A stretch of DNA of 64,000 nt from the IMG/VR virus record IMGVR_UViG_3300031251_000007, positions 1 to 64,000 of that record; one strand, 5' to 3'. The position numbers and the translations under genes were made by a program. Numbering within the stretch: position 1 is the stretch's first letter; every line of letters begins with the position of its first letter. The notes below the pieces were generated by a model. That model ran no database searches. It was not told the origin of the DNA and worked only from the letters and a program-made list of their open reading frames with translations. The stretch is from a virus. Below are positions 46,197-56,700 of this stretch, piece by piece.

Positions 46197-46661
46197 TCAA
46201 AATGCTGCGACATGAGCGTGCGGCGCGCTGGCGGCCGCTCCTGCCGAATACGTAGCTTTCCAGACGGCACAGTTGCCGTCGGGAACTGTGATCGAGTGCG
46301 TGAGATCATCGGCGGTCGTGCTGGTGCCGCTGACCGTGACCACCAGCGTGCTATCGGCGAGGGCCGTGCCGCAGGTGCCTGTCTGCGCGGTGAGCGTCAC
46401 CGTCTCGCCGGCGCCAGGTGCGGTCGGTAGCGTCACGCGCGCGCGCCGAAGCACCGTTGCGTTGAGTCGCTGCGCAACTTTCGATTGCGTCGTGCTTAGG
46501 TCGGCACCGTCGATCGACAGATAGACCGTCGAGCCCGGCGTGATGTCGGTGACCGGCGTACTGCTGAACGCGTGCGGTCGCACCACCGCCGGCGACCCCG
46601 GCAGCTGCGCTGCGGCGCTCGAAGCGGCCAGCAGCGCGGCGAAGATGAGGCCGGCCCGCAT
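46197..46661 (-). CDS. secreted small beta-domain protein
   Basis: Signal peptide MRAGLIFAALLAASSAAA; paralogous to the C-terminus of 45314-46186. Confidence 0.65.
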   Translation of the reverse strand: MRAGLIFAALLAASSAAAQLPGSPAVVRPHAFSSTPVTDITPGSTVYLSIDGADLSTTQSKVAQRLNATVLRRARVTLPTAPGAGETVTLTAQTGTCGTALADSTLVVTVSGTSTTADDLTHSITVPDGNCAVWKATYSAGAAASAPHAHVAAF

Positions 46662-47215
46662 CACGGCGTGATGACCTCCAACTGCTGGCCGCTGGTACAC
46701 AGAAACTCGATCGTGCCGCAGTCGTCATCGGCCGCCGGTGCGATCGTAAAGTCGTAGGTGCCGGGCTCTAGGCGCCGACTGTTCGATGTCGTCACACCCG
46801 GGTAGCCGACGTGCGCGATGTCGTTGCCGAGCGGGTTGGTGATGCGCAGCTGTACGCACGGGCGCCAGCCGCTGCCGAGCGTAACGGCAGTGCCGGTACC
46901 GGCGCAGTTGATGCGGCCGTTCTTCCGCACAGCGCTGCTCGGAAGGCGGCTGACGATGTCTTGTGCCGGCGCCTGTGCGCAGCGCCCGACGACCGCGCTC
47001 CCGGGACAATCGGAGTCGAGGTTGCAGCCGGCGTCGTTGGCGTCGCCGGCATTACAGCGATTGCGGACGTCGAGCCCGACGACGGTGCCAGTGCTGTCCT
47101 CGTACGGATTGATGACGCCGAACTGCGCGCGCGCCATACCGCCGAGTAAGAGCACAGCACCGAACGCAGCGGCCCGCGCCACCGCGCCACCCATCCACCG
47201 CCACGTTCGGTGCAT
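46661..47215 (-). CDS. secreted Cys-rich protein
   Basis: Signal peptide ...GGMARA; CNAGDANDAGCNLDSDCPG motif; RBS GGAGGAGG. Confidence 0.65.
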   Translation of the reverse strand: MHRTWRWMGGAVARAAAFGAVLLLGGMARAQFGVINPYEDSTGTVVGLDVRNRCNAGDANDAGCNLDSDCPGSAVVGRCAQAPAQDIVSRLPSSAVRKNGRINCAGTGTAVTLGSGWRPCVQLRITNPLGNDIAHVGYPGVTTSNSRRLEPGTYDFTIAPAADDDCGTIEFLCTSGQQLEVITP

Positions 47216-47246
47216 CCGCTCCTCCTCCACCCAACCGTTGAGGTGC

Positions 47247-47618
47247 TTAGCTCTGCGCGGCCGACTGATCGGCCGGCGGCGCGCTCGGCACCGGGTTCTC
47301 CGGGTCGGCGCCGATGGCGCGCAGCGCGTCCAGGTGCGCGTTGATCTCCGTCTGGATCTGCGCCGCCTGCTCGTCGGTGAGGCCGCCGGCTTGCTGCTGC
47401 GCAACGAGGGCGGCCAGCTTGTCGGCGATGCGCGTGGTCTCGCTGTCGACCGCGCTCAGCGCGCTCTGAATGTCATCGAATCGGGGCATGAGTTCCTCCT
47501 TCGTGGCGATCCGCGCCACACGGGCATTGGTGCGCAGCGTGGCGCACAAGTTGACGACGCCGAGCGCGGCCAGTCCGCAGACCGCCGCGCCGGCGCCAAT
47601 GAGAAGAGCCGTCGTCAC
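47247..47618 (-). CDS. membrane-anchored coiled-coil protein
   Basis: N-terminal TM followed by a helical region. Confidence 0.55.
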   Translation of the reverse strand: MTTALLIGAGAAVCGLAALGVVNLCATLRTNARVARIATKEELMPRFDDIQSALSAVDSETTRIADKLAALVAQQQAGGLTDEQAAQIQTEINAHLDALRAIGADPENPVPSAPPADQSAAQS

Positions 47619-47622
47619 GGCG

Positions 47623-47955
47623 TTAGGAATTCGGACCCGGATCGACGACCTGCTCGATGTTCCACTGCACCGCCGCGATCGGGTTGAAGTTGATCAGCGG
47701 CAGGTACGTCTGCGCGGCGATCGACGAGAGCGGCGTCAGCACGTTGGCCACCGCCTTCAGGTCGTTCAGCGCATCCGCCAGATTCACCTTCGAGCTGACC
47801 GGCACGACCAGCGGGGCCGGCGGCGTCTTGCCGGCCGGCACGCCGAAGACGATCCGCACCGACACGTTCCAGTGCGACGTCTGGGCCTGCGCCTGCGGGG
47901 CGCCGAGGGCGGCGAGGCCGACCAAGGCGCAGATGAACAGGAACTTGCGAAGCAT
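47623..47955 (-). CDS. secreted small protein
   Basis: Signal peptide MLRKFLFICALVGLAALGAPQAQA; RBS AAGGAG. Confidence 0.65.
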   Translation of the reverse strand: MLRKFLFICALVGLAALGAPQAQAQTSHWNVSVRIVFGVPAGKTPPAPLVVPVSSKVNLADALNDLKAVANVLTPLSSIAAQTYLPLINFNPIAAVQWNIEQVVDPGPNS

Positions 47956-48172
47956 GTGCGACTCCTTCTGCCGCCTCAGGGGCGGCGGTTTCGGTTTCCC
48001 AGCCCAGGTACCCGCGCCCCGGCTTGAGGCGCGGCGTCCGTGGGACGTTGGCGGCGAGTAGAAACGCGTCCGGCAGTGCCCAGCCGAGCGCGACGTAGGC
48101 GCGGCGCACCTCGGCCTGGAGCTCGGCCGCGATGTGCAGCCGAAAGGCAGCGACCTGACGCGACTTGGCCAT

Positions 48173-48523
48173 TTAGGCGCACGCGCATCCCTCCGGGGTC
48201 GGCGCCCAGTACGGGCCGCTGGCGCGCTTGCCCGGTGCGCAGACCCGCGGACAGGCGCAGATGTGCGGCTCACAGGTGGGCGCCGAAGCGAAGCAGCCAG
48301 CCGGCACCTGTGGACAGGCGGCGGCGCGCGCCGTGACGGCCGAGGCGATCGCCGTCTGCCAGGCGCTCGACGGCGTCGGCTCGGCGGCCGGCGCCAGCTG
48401 CACCAACGCGGCGCGCTGTGCCGCGAACCCCGACGAGACCGGCGTCGGGCTACAGGCAGCGATGCACAGCGCGATCAGGACCGCGCCGAGTAGCGTCTTG
48501 CCTTGTTCCTCTGCGACACCCAT
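48173..48523 (-). CDS. Cys-rich putative lipoprotein
   Basis: Lipobox-like IAAC; many Cys at the C-terminus. Confidence 0.5.
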   Translation of the reverse strand: MGVAEEQGKTLLGAVLIALCIAACSPTPVSSGFAAQRAALVQLAPAAEPTPSSAWQTAIASAVTARAAACPQVPAGCFASAPTCEPHICACPRVCAPGKRASGPYWAPTPEGCACA

Positions 48524-48832
48524 GCACCAACCTCCACGGCGGTGAAGCCGTGCGTGATTGCAGGGGCGTCGGGCGGGGCGGGCACGCGGTGGAACGCGCG
48601 GGCACCCCAGACGGGCCTGTATGTTCTTAGCGGCGCTCTACCACATTGCCGCGGGCTTGAGAATTCTCCTCGCTGAGTAGGTCCATAATCGCCCGCAAGC
48701 GCTGGTTGTACTCGCGAAAGTCGCGGGCGCGGTGCGCCTCACGGGCGGCGCGCGCATGCCGACGTACGTTGACGTCGAAGGGGTCGGGCGCCGGCGTGCT
48801 GCCAGCCCCCGACCGGATGTGGGGAGTTCGAT

Positions 48833-49102
48833 TCACGCGACCCTGAATATTGGATAGACGACAGGAACTTCCGCGCCGGCGGCCATTGGATCGAAGGAGT
48901 CATGCGCGAAGACGAGCCGAAATACGTCCTCGGCACCGACGTAGCCTGATCGGACAAGCTCTGCAGTCTCCGGGATCACCACCGGCTCAGTGGGGGCCGA
49001 ACCTGGCGCGCCGCGCCGTATCAGCGACGCAACGACTTCAGGCGCCACATGGACTTCTCGAAAGCGACCTTCCGCAATTGCCTTGAGCTGCTTCTCCACC
49101 AC
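48833..49102 (-). CDS. hypothetical protein
   Basis: RBS GGAGG; 89 aa. Confidence 0.55.
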   Translation of the reverse strand: MVEKQLKAIAEGRFREVHVAPEVVASLIRRGAPGSAPTEPVVIPETAELVRSGYVGAEDVFRLVFAHDSFDPMAAGAEVPVVYPIFRVA

Positions 49103-49131
49103 ACACCTCCGCCAGTTGACCGCCGGGCGCC

Positions 49132-49686
49132 TTACGCGGCGTCTTCCGCCTCGAAGCCCGCCTGCGCCGCCGCATCGGTGAACAGCGGCGTCAGGATCAT
49201 CAGCGCCAATGTAGAGAGCTTCTTCGCGGGAATCAGCTTGTAGCCAAAACGCTGCACCTTGACCTCGACTTCCTGCTTCATGAAGTCGTCGAAGCCCTGC
49301 CGGCGCTGCTCCTCCGCGTTGATCGCCGCCATGTGCGTCTCGCGCAGCTCGGCGAACTTCTGATCGAACTCGGCCTCGCGTGCCTTCTCCATGACGTACC
49401 GGCTGCCGCCCTCGGGCAGCGCCAGCACCTTCGCCTCGCCGCCCTCGCCCTTCTCGGCATACTCCTGCGCAAGCGCGCTGCGCGCCTGCTCAAACGCCAG
49501 GAACGCCTTGCCGGGCTTCTGCGCCTCGCGCACCGCATCGACCTCGCTGCGCAGGCTGTCGCGTGAGAGCTTCAGCGCATAGGCGAGCTTGTAATCGGGG
49601 CCGTCCATCGCGCCGGCGACGTGATCGATGGTGCCGGCGAGCTCCAGCACGTCGCGGCGCTGCATCTTGATCGTATCGAGGGCCAT
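49132..49686 (-). CDS. helical protein downstream of the tail fibre (possible chaperone)
   Basis: RBS AAGGAG; KLAYALK..., coiled coil, EVEVK motif typical of fibre-adjacent genes. Confidence 0.6.
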   Translation of the reverse strand: MALDTIKMQRRDVLELAGTIDHVAGAMDGPDYKLAYALKLSRDSLRSEVDAVREAQKPGKAFLAFEQARSALAQEYAEKGEGGEAKVLALPEGGSRYVMEKAREAEFDQKFAELRETHMAAINAEEQRRQGFDDFMKQEVEVKVQRFGYKLIPAKKLSTLALMILTPLFTDAAAQAGFEAEDAA

Positions 49687-49717
49687 CGGGGGTCTCCTTC
49701 TGCGTTGGGGGTTGGGG

Positions 49718-52700
49718 TCACGCAATGTTGGAAAAGTACGGGACGTAAACGATGTTGCCGGCGTTATCGTGCACCTGCAGATAGCCGGTGTTGTCGCGAC
49801 TCGTGCCGGCGGTGAGCTTTAGCGATCCGACGCCGGTTGACAGGGAGGTGTTCACCGCCTGGACGCCCAGCACGCAGCGCTCGGTGCCGTCCTCGGCGCG
49901 GAAGAACACCCAGGACTTTCCGGCCGCCGCGTCCTTCGCGTAGATCTGCACGGAATCGGCCGGCGACGATGTCGGCGCCGTCGCGTTGGTAATGCCGATC
50001 ACGTTCTTTGCCGACGTGCCCACCGACGTGCTGCCCAGCTTCAGGTTCACGCCATCGCTGAACATGCTGAAGCCGCCGAGCGTGGTGCCACTGGTGTCGC
50101 GCAGCGAGACGAACGAGGAGCAGATGAGCGCGCCGTCGGCGTTGACGGCGAACATGACCGTCGTCCCGTTGTTCGCGAAGCCGGTGATCAGGTTTGCCGA
50201 CTGGCTCGACGTCCGCCGGATGGTGATCGCCGTCATGTCGCTCGGGATCTCGAACACCATCTGCGCGGTCAGCGTGGAGGTGCTGGAGCCGATGACCAGC
50301 TTGTCGGTCGCGGTGACCAGGCGGATGGTCGTGCCGTCGTCACTCCAGCCGCCACCACCGCCGCCGGACGTCAGGTCGAGCCACGTCGAGCCGTTGTAGA
50401 AGTAGAGCTTGCTGTCGCTGCTCTTGGTGTAGAGCGCGCCCAGCTCGGTCGGCGGCGCGCCGCTCTGCGGGTAGAGGATCATCCCGCCGGCGGCGTAGAA
50501 GCCGAAGCGTACGTTCAGATCGTTGGTCGCGGATCCCGTGTCGATGCCGCACAGGATGAACTTGTCCTTGCGGTAGCTCGACGAGGTGCCGATGCCGTCC
50601 CAGTACGACGCGACAATCATCGCCGCCGGAATCGGGTACGACGTGTCGGCCATGTTCAGCAGGCTGGCGTTGGTCAATACGGCGCCGTTCAGCGGCGCGT
50701 AGTCGAACCCCCAGAGCGAGCGCGGCCCGTGCGACGTCAGCCCTGCGTGACCTTCGACGCTGATGGGCCGGTACTGCCGGTTCATCTTCTCGGCGCCGGC
50801 GGTGGCGAATCCGGCCGTAACGGCGAGCGGGTTGATGTGCAGCCCGCGGATCGTCCACGAGGTGTTCGTGATGTTGTGCGTGATGCTCTGGCCGAGCGTA
50901 ATGCCGGTGTTGCCGCGGAAGTAGAAGCCGATCAGGTTGTGATAGGTCGACGTCGACGACTCGAGTTGCGTGTGGCCCGCCATGAAGCAGGCTTCCGGCG
51001 AGGTGCCGCCGGCCGCACCGACGTCCGCGCCGTTGTAGTTGAGCTCGCCGCCGACGCCGACGATCAGATTCCACTGGCCAATGCCGGCGCCGAGCTCGCA
51101 CGTCGCGTCGACGCCGTACAGGTTGTAGCTCGCGAACGTGCCGGCATAGTCCGCGCCACCAGAGCCCTTGGCGAACTGGCAGTGCATGCCGCAGTACACG
51201 GCCGACTGCGCGTTCGTCGTGCCGGCGAACATATTGAGCGCGATTGCGTTTGACGGGATCATCAAACGCATTTCGTTCGTGTAGATCGCGCAGAACCGCC
51301 GCGTGGCGCTGTTGGTCGAGACGCCGTCGATCTCGTAGCGCAGGTCGCCGACCAAGCTGATGCCGGCCTGGTAGACGCTGTCGCCACCCTTCGGGATGGC
51401 GCGCGCGCCCGGGCCGATGGTCAGGTAGCGCGTTTTCATGACCGTGCGGCCGCCCTCGAGCCATGCCGCCTGGCCAGAGATGGCGTCAGCGTGGAACGTC
51501 CGCAGCGGATACGCCGTCGACGTCGTCAGCGCCTTGGCGTAGAGCACGTTGCCGCCGGCGGAGGCCGCGACCGACTCGCCGAGCGTCAGGCCGGCCACAT
51601 CGCCGGCGCCGAGCGCCCAATTCCACACCTGCGCGTTGGCGCCGTTGGCAATCGTGTTGCCGCCCGCGGCGGCTGTTAGGCTGCTGAGCGCGGCCGTGCC
51701 GGCGACGCCGCTGACCCAACTGAGTACGCCGGTGCCGTCGGTCGCGAGCACCTGGCCTGCGCTGCCGTCGTCGGGCGGCAGCGTGTACGTGATCGTGCCG
51801 CCGGACGCCGGTGCCTTGATCAGCGTCGCGCCACTCGTCGCGCCGGTGAGCGTGATGCCGAAGCCGGCTTGCGTGGTGAGCGCGCGCGTCGACAGCGCAC
51901 CGGCGCTGCTGACGCTGACGTAGGTGCTGGCGCCCGAGTTGTCTTGAACTTCGAGAATGTTCGCCGACTGCGACGCCGCGCCGCGGATGCGCGTGGCAAC
52001 CTTGGTCGCCAGCGACGACACGACGCCGAGCTGCGCGGCGATGTCAGCCGTTGCCGCCGCTGAATCACCGAACAAGGCGTTCAGGCTCGGGCCGAAGATC
52101 TTGAGCGCCAGATGCGCGGCGGAGAACAGATTCGCTTCGGTGTCGATGTTGACGCCGAAGAAGTGGCCGGTGCTGTTGGTGGCCCCGAGGATCGCGCCGG
52201 CGGCGCCGAGCAGGCCCGCGGCCGCCGTCGCCGTCGTCTTCGAGAAGAATCCGCCCGCTGCGGTCACACTCGCGATCGGCGTGCCACCGCTGCTTCGCCA
52301 TTCGGTGAACGCGCCCGTCGGCGTCGCCGCATGTTTGATGACCAGCGGAATGTCAGATGCCGACCCGGCCTCGACGTACAGCCGCGAGTTCGCCGCCGCG
52401 GTGGTTGCGCCGACCGCCACCTGGTCGCTGACCGTCGACAGACGCACGACCGTACCATCGTCCTGCCATCCGCCACCGCCGCCGCCGGATACGGTTGCCC
52501 ACGCGCACACGCCACCGGAGCCGACCTGTAGGAACTGGCCGGCGGTGAACGTCGACGGCAGCGTATAGGTGACCGTGCCGGCGCCCGAGGTTGCGGCGAT
52601 CGATACCGCCTCGCTGCCGGCGCCGCCGAGCTTGATACCCTGCTTGAACGCGGGGACAGTCCCGTTGAACGTCCAGGCGCCGATGATCGTCTCGTTGCCC

Positions 52701-53047
52701 GCATTGCGCGCGAGGATCGCGCCGTCGACGATGTCCGCCTCGACGATCGCGCGGAAGCCGCAGGCGGTTGCCGAAGAGGCGAACAGCGCATGCCCGACCG
52801 TCAGACCTGAGAGCGAAAGCGCGCCGAGCGTGTGCTTGTGGCCGGGGTCGATCGAGGCCGCGTTCTTGATCAGCCACTCGTGCGAGGTGGTGACCGCGGA
52901 GCTATCGATCCCGACTTTGGCCTCAAGCGCTAAGATTGCCGCGGCTCGGTCGTTCTGATGCGCCGCCAGCACATCGTCGACGCCGTCGGTCAGGACGGGG
53001 AACGTCGTGCCGGTGGTGTCGAGCGCCGCAGGATAGTTGATTGCCAT
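49718..53047 (-). CDS. tail fibre / receptor-binding protein
   Basis: MAINYPAALD...ILALEAKVG N-terminus; YTLP..DGSAGQVLATDGTGVLSW; duplicated GGGGGGW.DDGT.(V/I)RL motif. Confidence 0.8.
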   Translation of the reverse strand: MAINYPAALDTTGTTFPVLTDGVDDVLAAHQNDRAAAILALEAKVGIDSSAVTTSHEWLIKNAASIDPGHKHTLGALSLSGLTVGHALFASSATACGFRAIVEADIVDGAILARNAGNETIIGAWTFNGTVPAFKQGIKLGGAGSEAVSIAATSGAGTVTYTLPSTFTAGQFLQVGSGGVCAWATVSGGGGGGWQDDGTVVRLSTVSDQVAVGATTAAANSRLYVEAGSASDIPLVIKHAATPTGAFTEWRSSGGTPIASVTAAGGFFSKTTATAAAGLLGAAGAILGATNSTGHFFGVNIDTEANLFSAAHLALKIFGPSLNALFGDSAAATADIAAQLGVVSSLATKVATRIRGAASQSANILEVQDNSGASTYVSVSSAGALSTRALTTQAGFGITLTGATSGATLIKAPASGGTITYTLPPDDGSAGQVLATDGTGVLSWVSGVAGTAALSSLTAAAGGNTIANGANAQVWNWALGAGDVAGLTLGESVAASAGGNVLYAKALTTSTAYPLRTFHADAISGQAAWLEGGRTVMKTRYLTIGPGARAIPKGGDSVYQAGISLVGDLRYEIDGVSTNSATRRFCAIYTNEMRLMIPSNAIALNMFAGTTNAQSAVYCGMHCQFAKGSGGADYAGTFASYNLYGVDATCELGAGIGQWNLIVGVGGELNYNGADVGAAGGTSPEACFMAGHTQLESSTSTYHNLIGFYFRGNTGITLGQSITHNITNTSWTIRGLHINPLAVTAGFATAGAEKMNRQYRPISVEGHAGLTSHGPRSLWGFDYAPLNGAVLTNASLLNMADTSYPIPAAMIVASYWDGIGTSSSYRKDKFILCGIDTGSATNDLNVRFGFYAAGGMILYPQSGAPPTELGALYTKSSDSKLYFYNGSTWLDLTSGGGGGGWSDDGTTIRLVTATDKLVIGSSTSTLTAQMVFEIPSDMTAITIRRTSSQSANLITGFANNGTTVMFAVNADGALICSSFVSLRDTSGTTLGGFSMFSDGVNLKLGSTSVGTSAKNVIGITNATAPTSSPADSVQIYAKDAAAGKSWVFFRAEDGTERCVLGVQAVNTSLSTGVGSLKLTAGTSRDNTGYLQVHDNAGNIVYVPYFSNIA

Positions 53048-53059
53048 CGCCTACCTACC

Positions 53060-53797
53060 TCACGGGGGGGCAAGGGTTCCGGTGACGAGCAGAGCGTTGC
53101 CGCCCGGTGTGGTGGAGCCGACCGAGGTGATGCCGAGTTGCACCCGGTCGCCGGCGAGCAGCGCCATCGGCGAGCCGACGACACTGTGAATCGCGTTGGT
53201 GCCGGTGGCGATCGTCGCGCTACGCGAATCGTCAGCGACCGACACGCGCTTGCGCGTCAGTGTTACTGTCAGCCCAGCGCCGACGGGTGCCGTCTCGCCG
53301 TACATCCAGATGTCGGTGAGCTTGCAGTCTTGCTCGACGAGGGCCTGCGCGATCTTGCTCGCGACCGAGGCGTTGCCTTGCACGAGGAAACGCAGCGGCG
53401 CAGGTCGGCTGGTGGCATCGACGTACGTCTTGGTCGCCGCGTGCAGCCCCGTCGTCGGCGCGCCGGCGAGCACGAGCGGTCCCAACATCGTGCCGCCGGC
53501 CAACGGCAGCATGGCGTTGATCAGCGCCAAGATCGCCGGGCCCGGCGTGCCGTCGAGCTTCAGCAACGTCACCCACGACGTGTTGGCGGCGTCGCGCACC
53601 TTCAACTCGTCCGGCGTCGGCGTCGTGTCCCACCAGAGGAATCCGGGTTGGACGTTGAAGGTCGCCGGCTGCGTGGCCGGATCGATGGGGCCGAACTCGC
53701 ACGACTGCGCCGCGGCGATCGCCGCGTTCAGGAGTCCAATTGTCGTCGCGCCGTCCGCGAGCGCCGCCGAGGGAAGTATGGTTGCGTCTTGTGCCAT
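53060..53797 (-). CDS. tail-associated protein
   Basis: LPLAGGTMLGPL...HAATKTYVD fibre motif. Confidence 0.7.
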   Translation of the reverse strand: MAQDATILPSAALADGATTIGLLNAAIAAAQSCEFGPIDPATQPATFNVQPGFLWWDTTPTPDELKVRDAANTSWVTLLKLDGTPGPAILALINAMLPLAGGTMLGPLVLAGAPTTGLHAATKTYVDATSRPAPLRFLVQGNASVASKIAQALVEQDCKLTDIWMYGETAPVGAGLTVTLTRKRVSVADDSRSATIATGTNAIHSVVGSPMALLAGDRVQLGITSVGSTTPGGNALLVTGTLAPP

Positions 53798-53798
53798 C

Positions 53799-56700
53799 TC
53801 AGAACCCCGCCGCCTGCCAGGTGAAGTCTCGCACTAGGCGCATCCCGCCCGTGGTGACGACGTCCAAATCGAATCCGGTCGTCGTCTCGTTGGTGACCCG
53901 CATCTGCTCGATCTGCGTCGGCACACCGGCTGCCCGGGGCGTCACCACCAGCCCTGGGTTGCCGCCGATCGGATAGAACGCCTTTGGATAGGTGACGTGC
54001 ACCACGCCCGACACCGACGTCGTGACGCGCCCGGTGAGCGTGTAGTCGGGCGCCTCGACCGTCCACGTGAGCGCGCGGAGCTCGGCCACGATCCCGTCGA
54101 CCTTGGATTCGAGAAACACGCGGAGCCGAACCCGTCCGACCAGGTAGCTCCCTGGCTTGTACGGCGCCCACTCGGGCCGTGTGTCGCCGCCGGTCCAGTC
54201 ATCGCCGCTCAGATCGTCGGAGATCGAGATCTCCGGCCGGGCGGTGATCAGGTTCGCCGCGTCGACGACGTTGACCTGTCCGATCGCGCCGAAGTCTGCC
54301 GCATCGCGAATCGAGGTCGCGTCGACGGCGACGGCATCCCAGCCGACGTTGATCCGCACCAGCATCCGCCGCGCGAGCGTCACGATGTGCGCGTCGGGGA
54401 TCTGATAGTAGCCCGACATCTTCGGCGTGGCGCGCAGGTAGCCGCTGCTCGTCACCTCCAGGTTAGTGATGTGCTGCCCGAACTGCGCGGCCATCGCGTG
54501 CGCGGCGATGCGGTCGATCGTGAGTCCGTGATTGTAGAGCGCGATCTCATCGACCACGCCGGCAAAACGCGAGAAGCCGGTGAGCGGCGCCTCGGCGCAG
54601 ATGAGCTGCGCGCCGGTGGCGATCGGCGCCCCGATGGTCGCGGGCGCCACGATCGGCGTGCCGCCATTGACCACCAGGACCAGCAGCCCAAAGGTGGCGT
54701 CGCAACCGGCCACCACGTGGAGGCGCTGGCCGGCGCTGTACGCGCCTGGCGGCGTCGCGACGACCTGATCGGTGGTGTCGAGCTTCGGGAAGTGCGCCTC
54801 GATCGACCCGTCGGCTTTGACCGCGATGAACGGACCGTTGGTGTAGATGCCCTGCACGTAGCCAGACGCAACGGCGTCGGGCTGGAACACGCATTCGAGC
54901 GCCACCTGCAACAGGTTCGCCCCGACCGGGAAGCCGACGCTTGCCGCGTTCGAGCCAGAGACGCCGGTGAAGTCGACCGCCTGATCGTCGTCGCCGTTCA
55001 GAAGGCCCGGCACGAACGAGGTCTCGGTCGATGCGATCAGCGGATGCGGCCCGCCCATCTGGTCGATGATGTGACGACTGGTCGGCGCTTCGTTGAACCG
55101 GCAGTAGGTGAGCGGCTTGGCCGCCATCACATACGAGCGGTAGACGCCTGGCCCGAACTCCCGTGCCGCGCGCCACCACGAGCGCAGCTGGTTGTGGTTC
55201 ATGTACTGCGGGATCAGCGCGTACTCGTCGAAGTACCCGTTGAAGCTGCCGCTGACCGGTGAACCCCGATCGCCGAAGTAGGTTGTGCCGGTGGTCACCG
55301 GGAAGGTCGCGCCGTTGATCGCGCCCTCCGGCAGCCCGTCCATCGTGAGCTCGAGGAGCCGCGTCTCCATCCCGTGCGCATCGAAGCGCCGGAACGAGAG
55401 CGCGATCATGTGCATCTGCCCGTCGCGGAAATTCGACCCGCCCAAGATCTGCGAGCCCGAGGTCTGCGCCAGCCAGCGGAGCACACCGGAAGCCTCGACG
55501 GTGATCCACGCCCCGGTGCCCTTCGAGTACAGATAGGCTTGCGAAGTCCCCAGGCCGCTCCACTGCGCCCAGAAGATCAGCGTGAATTCGTCACGGTTCA
55601 GGTCGTTGACCGACCGCGTCAGCGTAATCCGGTCGCCGCCGCCGGCGGTGTAGACGTACGCCGAATTGGGGAAGAGATCGTTCACCACTGCCCCACCCGG
55701 CTGGAACATCTGCGTGTCGGGAACAGTCAGCGTGTAGCTGCCGGCCGACGTGCCGGGCGTGACCTCGTCGAAGACTTTCAGCGTGCCGCCCGGATAGGGC
55801 GACATCCGCCAGTAGGCGAGCGGCGCGTCGGTGATCACCAGGCTCGCGAAATCGCTCCAGCCCATCGCAAGCTCATCGGCGCCGCCGACGATGTTGCTGG
55901 CAGTCTCCGCGCTTTCCTTCAGCGGGATGCCGTACGGTTCGCCGTAGACGAATTGCGGATCACCGCCCAGGGAGACCGCGACGCGAGCGGCCACCCAGTA
56001 GACGCCGTCGGACACGACTTCGAAGCGCGTCTCGCGCGTAGTGCCGAGCACCACCGCACGCGCCCAGCCTTGGCTGCCCTTGCGGATTTCGTACTCGACC
56101 ACGCCGCGGTAGTCGGCGACCGGATCCCAGGTGAGATAGAGCCGCGCGCCGCCAGTGACGTCGACGAACTGCGCCGCCAGATTGGTCGCCTGTGCGACCG
56201 GGCCCCAGAGATAGGTCCCGCGCACCACGTAGGTAAGCTCGGCGACGTCCTCGAGGGCCTGTTCGCCGCCGCCGTAGCGGTTGAAGGAGGTGAGCTTGAA
56301 TTTCAGCGGCACCCCCACCAGTCGCGCCGGCAGGGCCAGCTTGAAGATCGCCGGGTCATCGATCCGCACGACGTTGGCGCCAGCGCGGTGGAGCTGATCC
56401 GGCGTGCCGAACCCGCCGCGGCGCAAGCCGGAGAGCGTGTAGCGGTTCGGCGCGGTCAATGCGGGATCGATGTACGACAGCACCTCGTACGGCACGCGCA
56501 GGCTCGTATCGCCGCCGTCGATATAGAGCTGCGCTTTGAAGCGGATCGCATCGGCGATGGTCTGCACTTCCAGCTCGACGGTGCTGCCCGCTGGCGCGCG
56601 GAGCTGCACATCGAGGCTGGTGCTGGTGTCGGTCATAGCCGCCTGCAGCTTGCCCATGCGTGCGCGGTCGGTGATGCGCCCCTGCGCCTCGTAGGTCACG

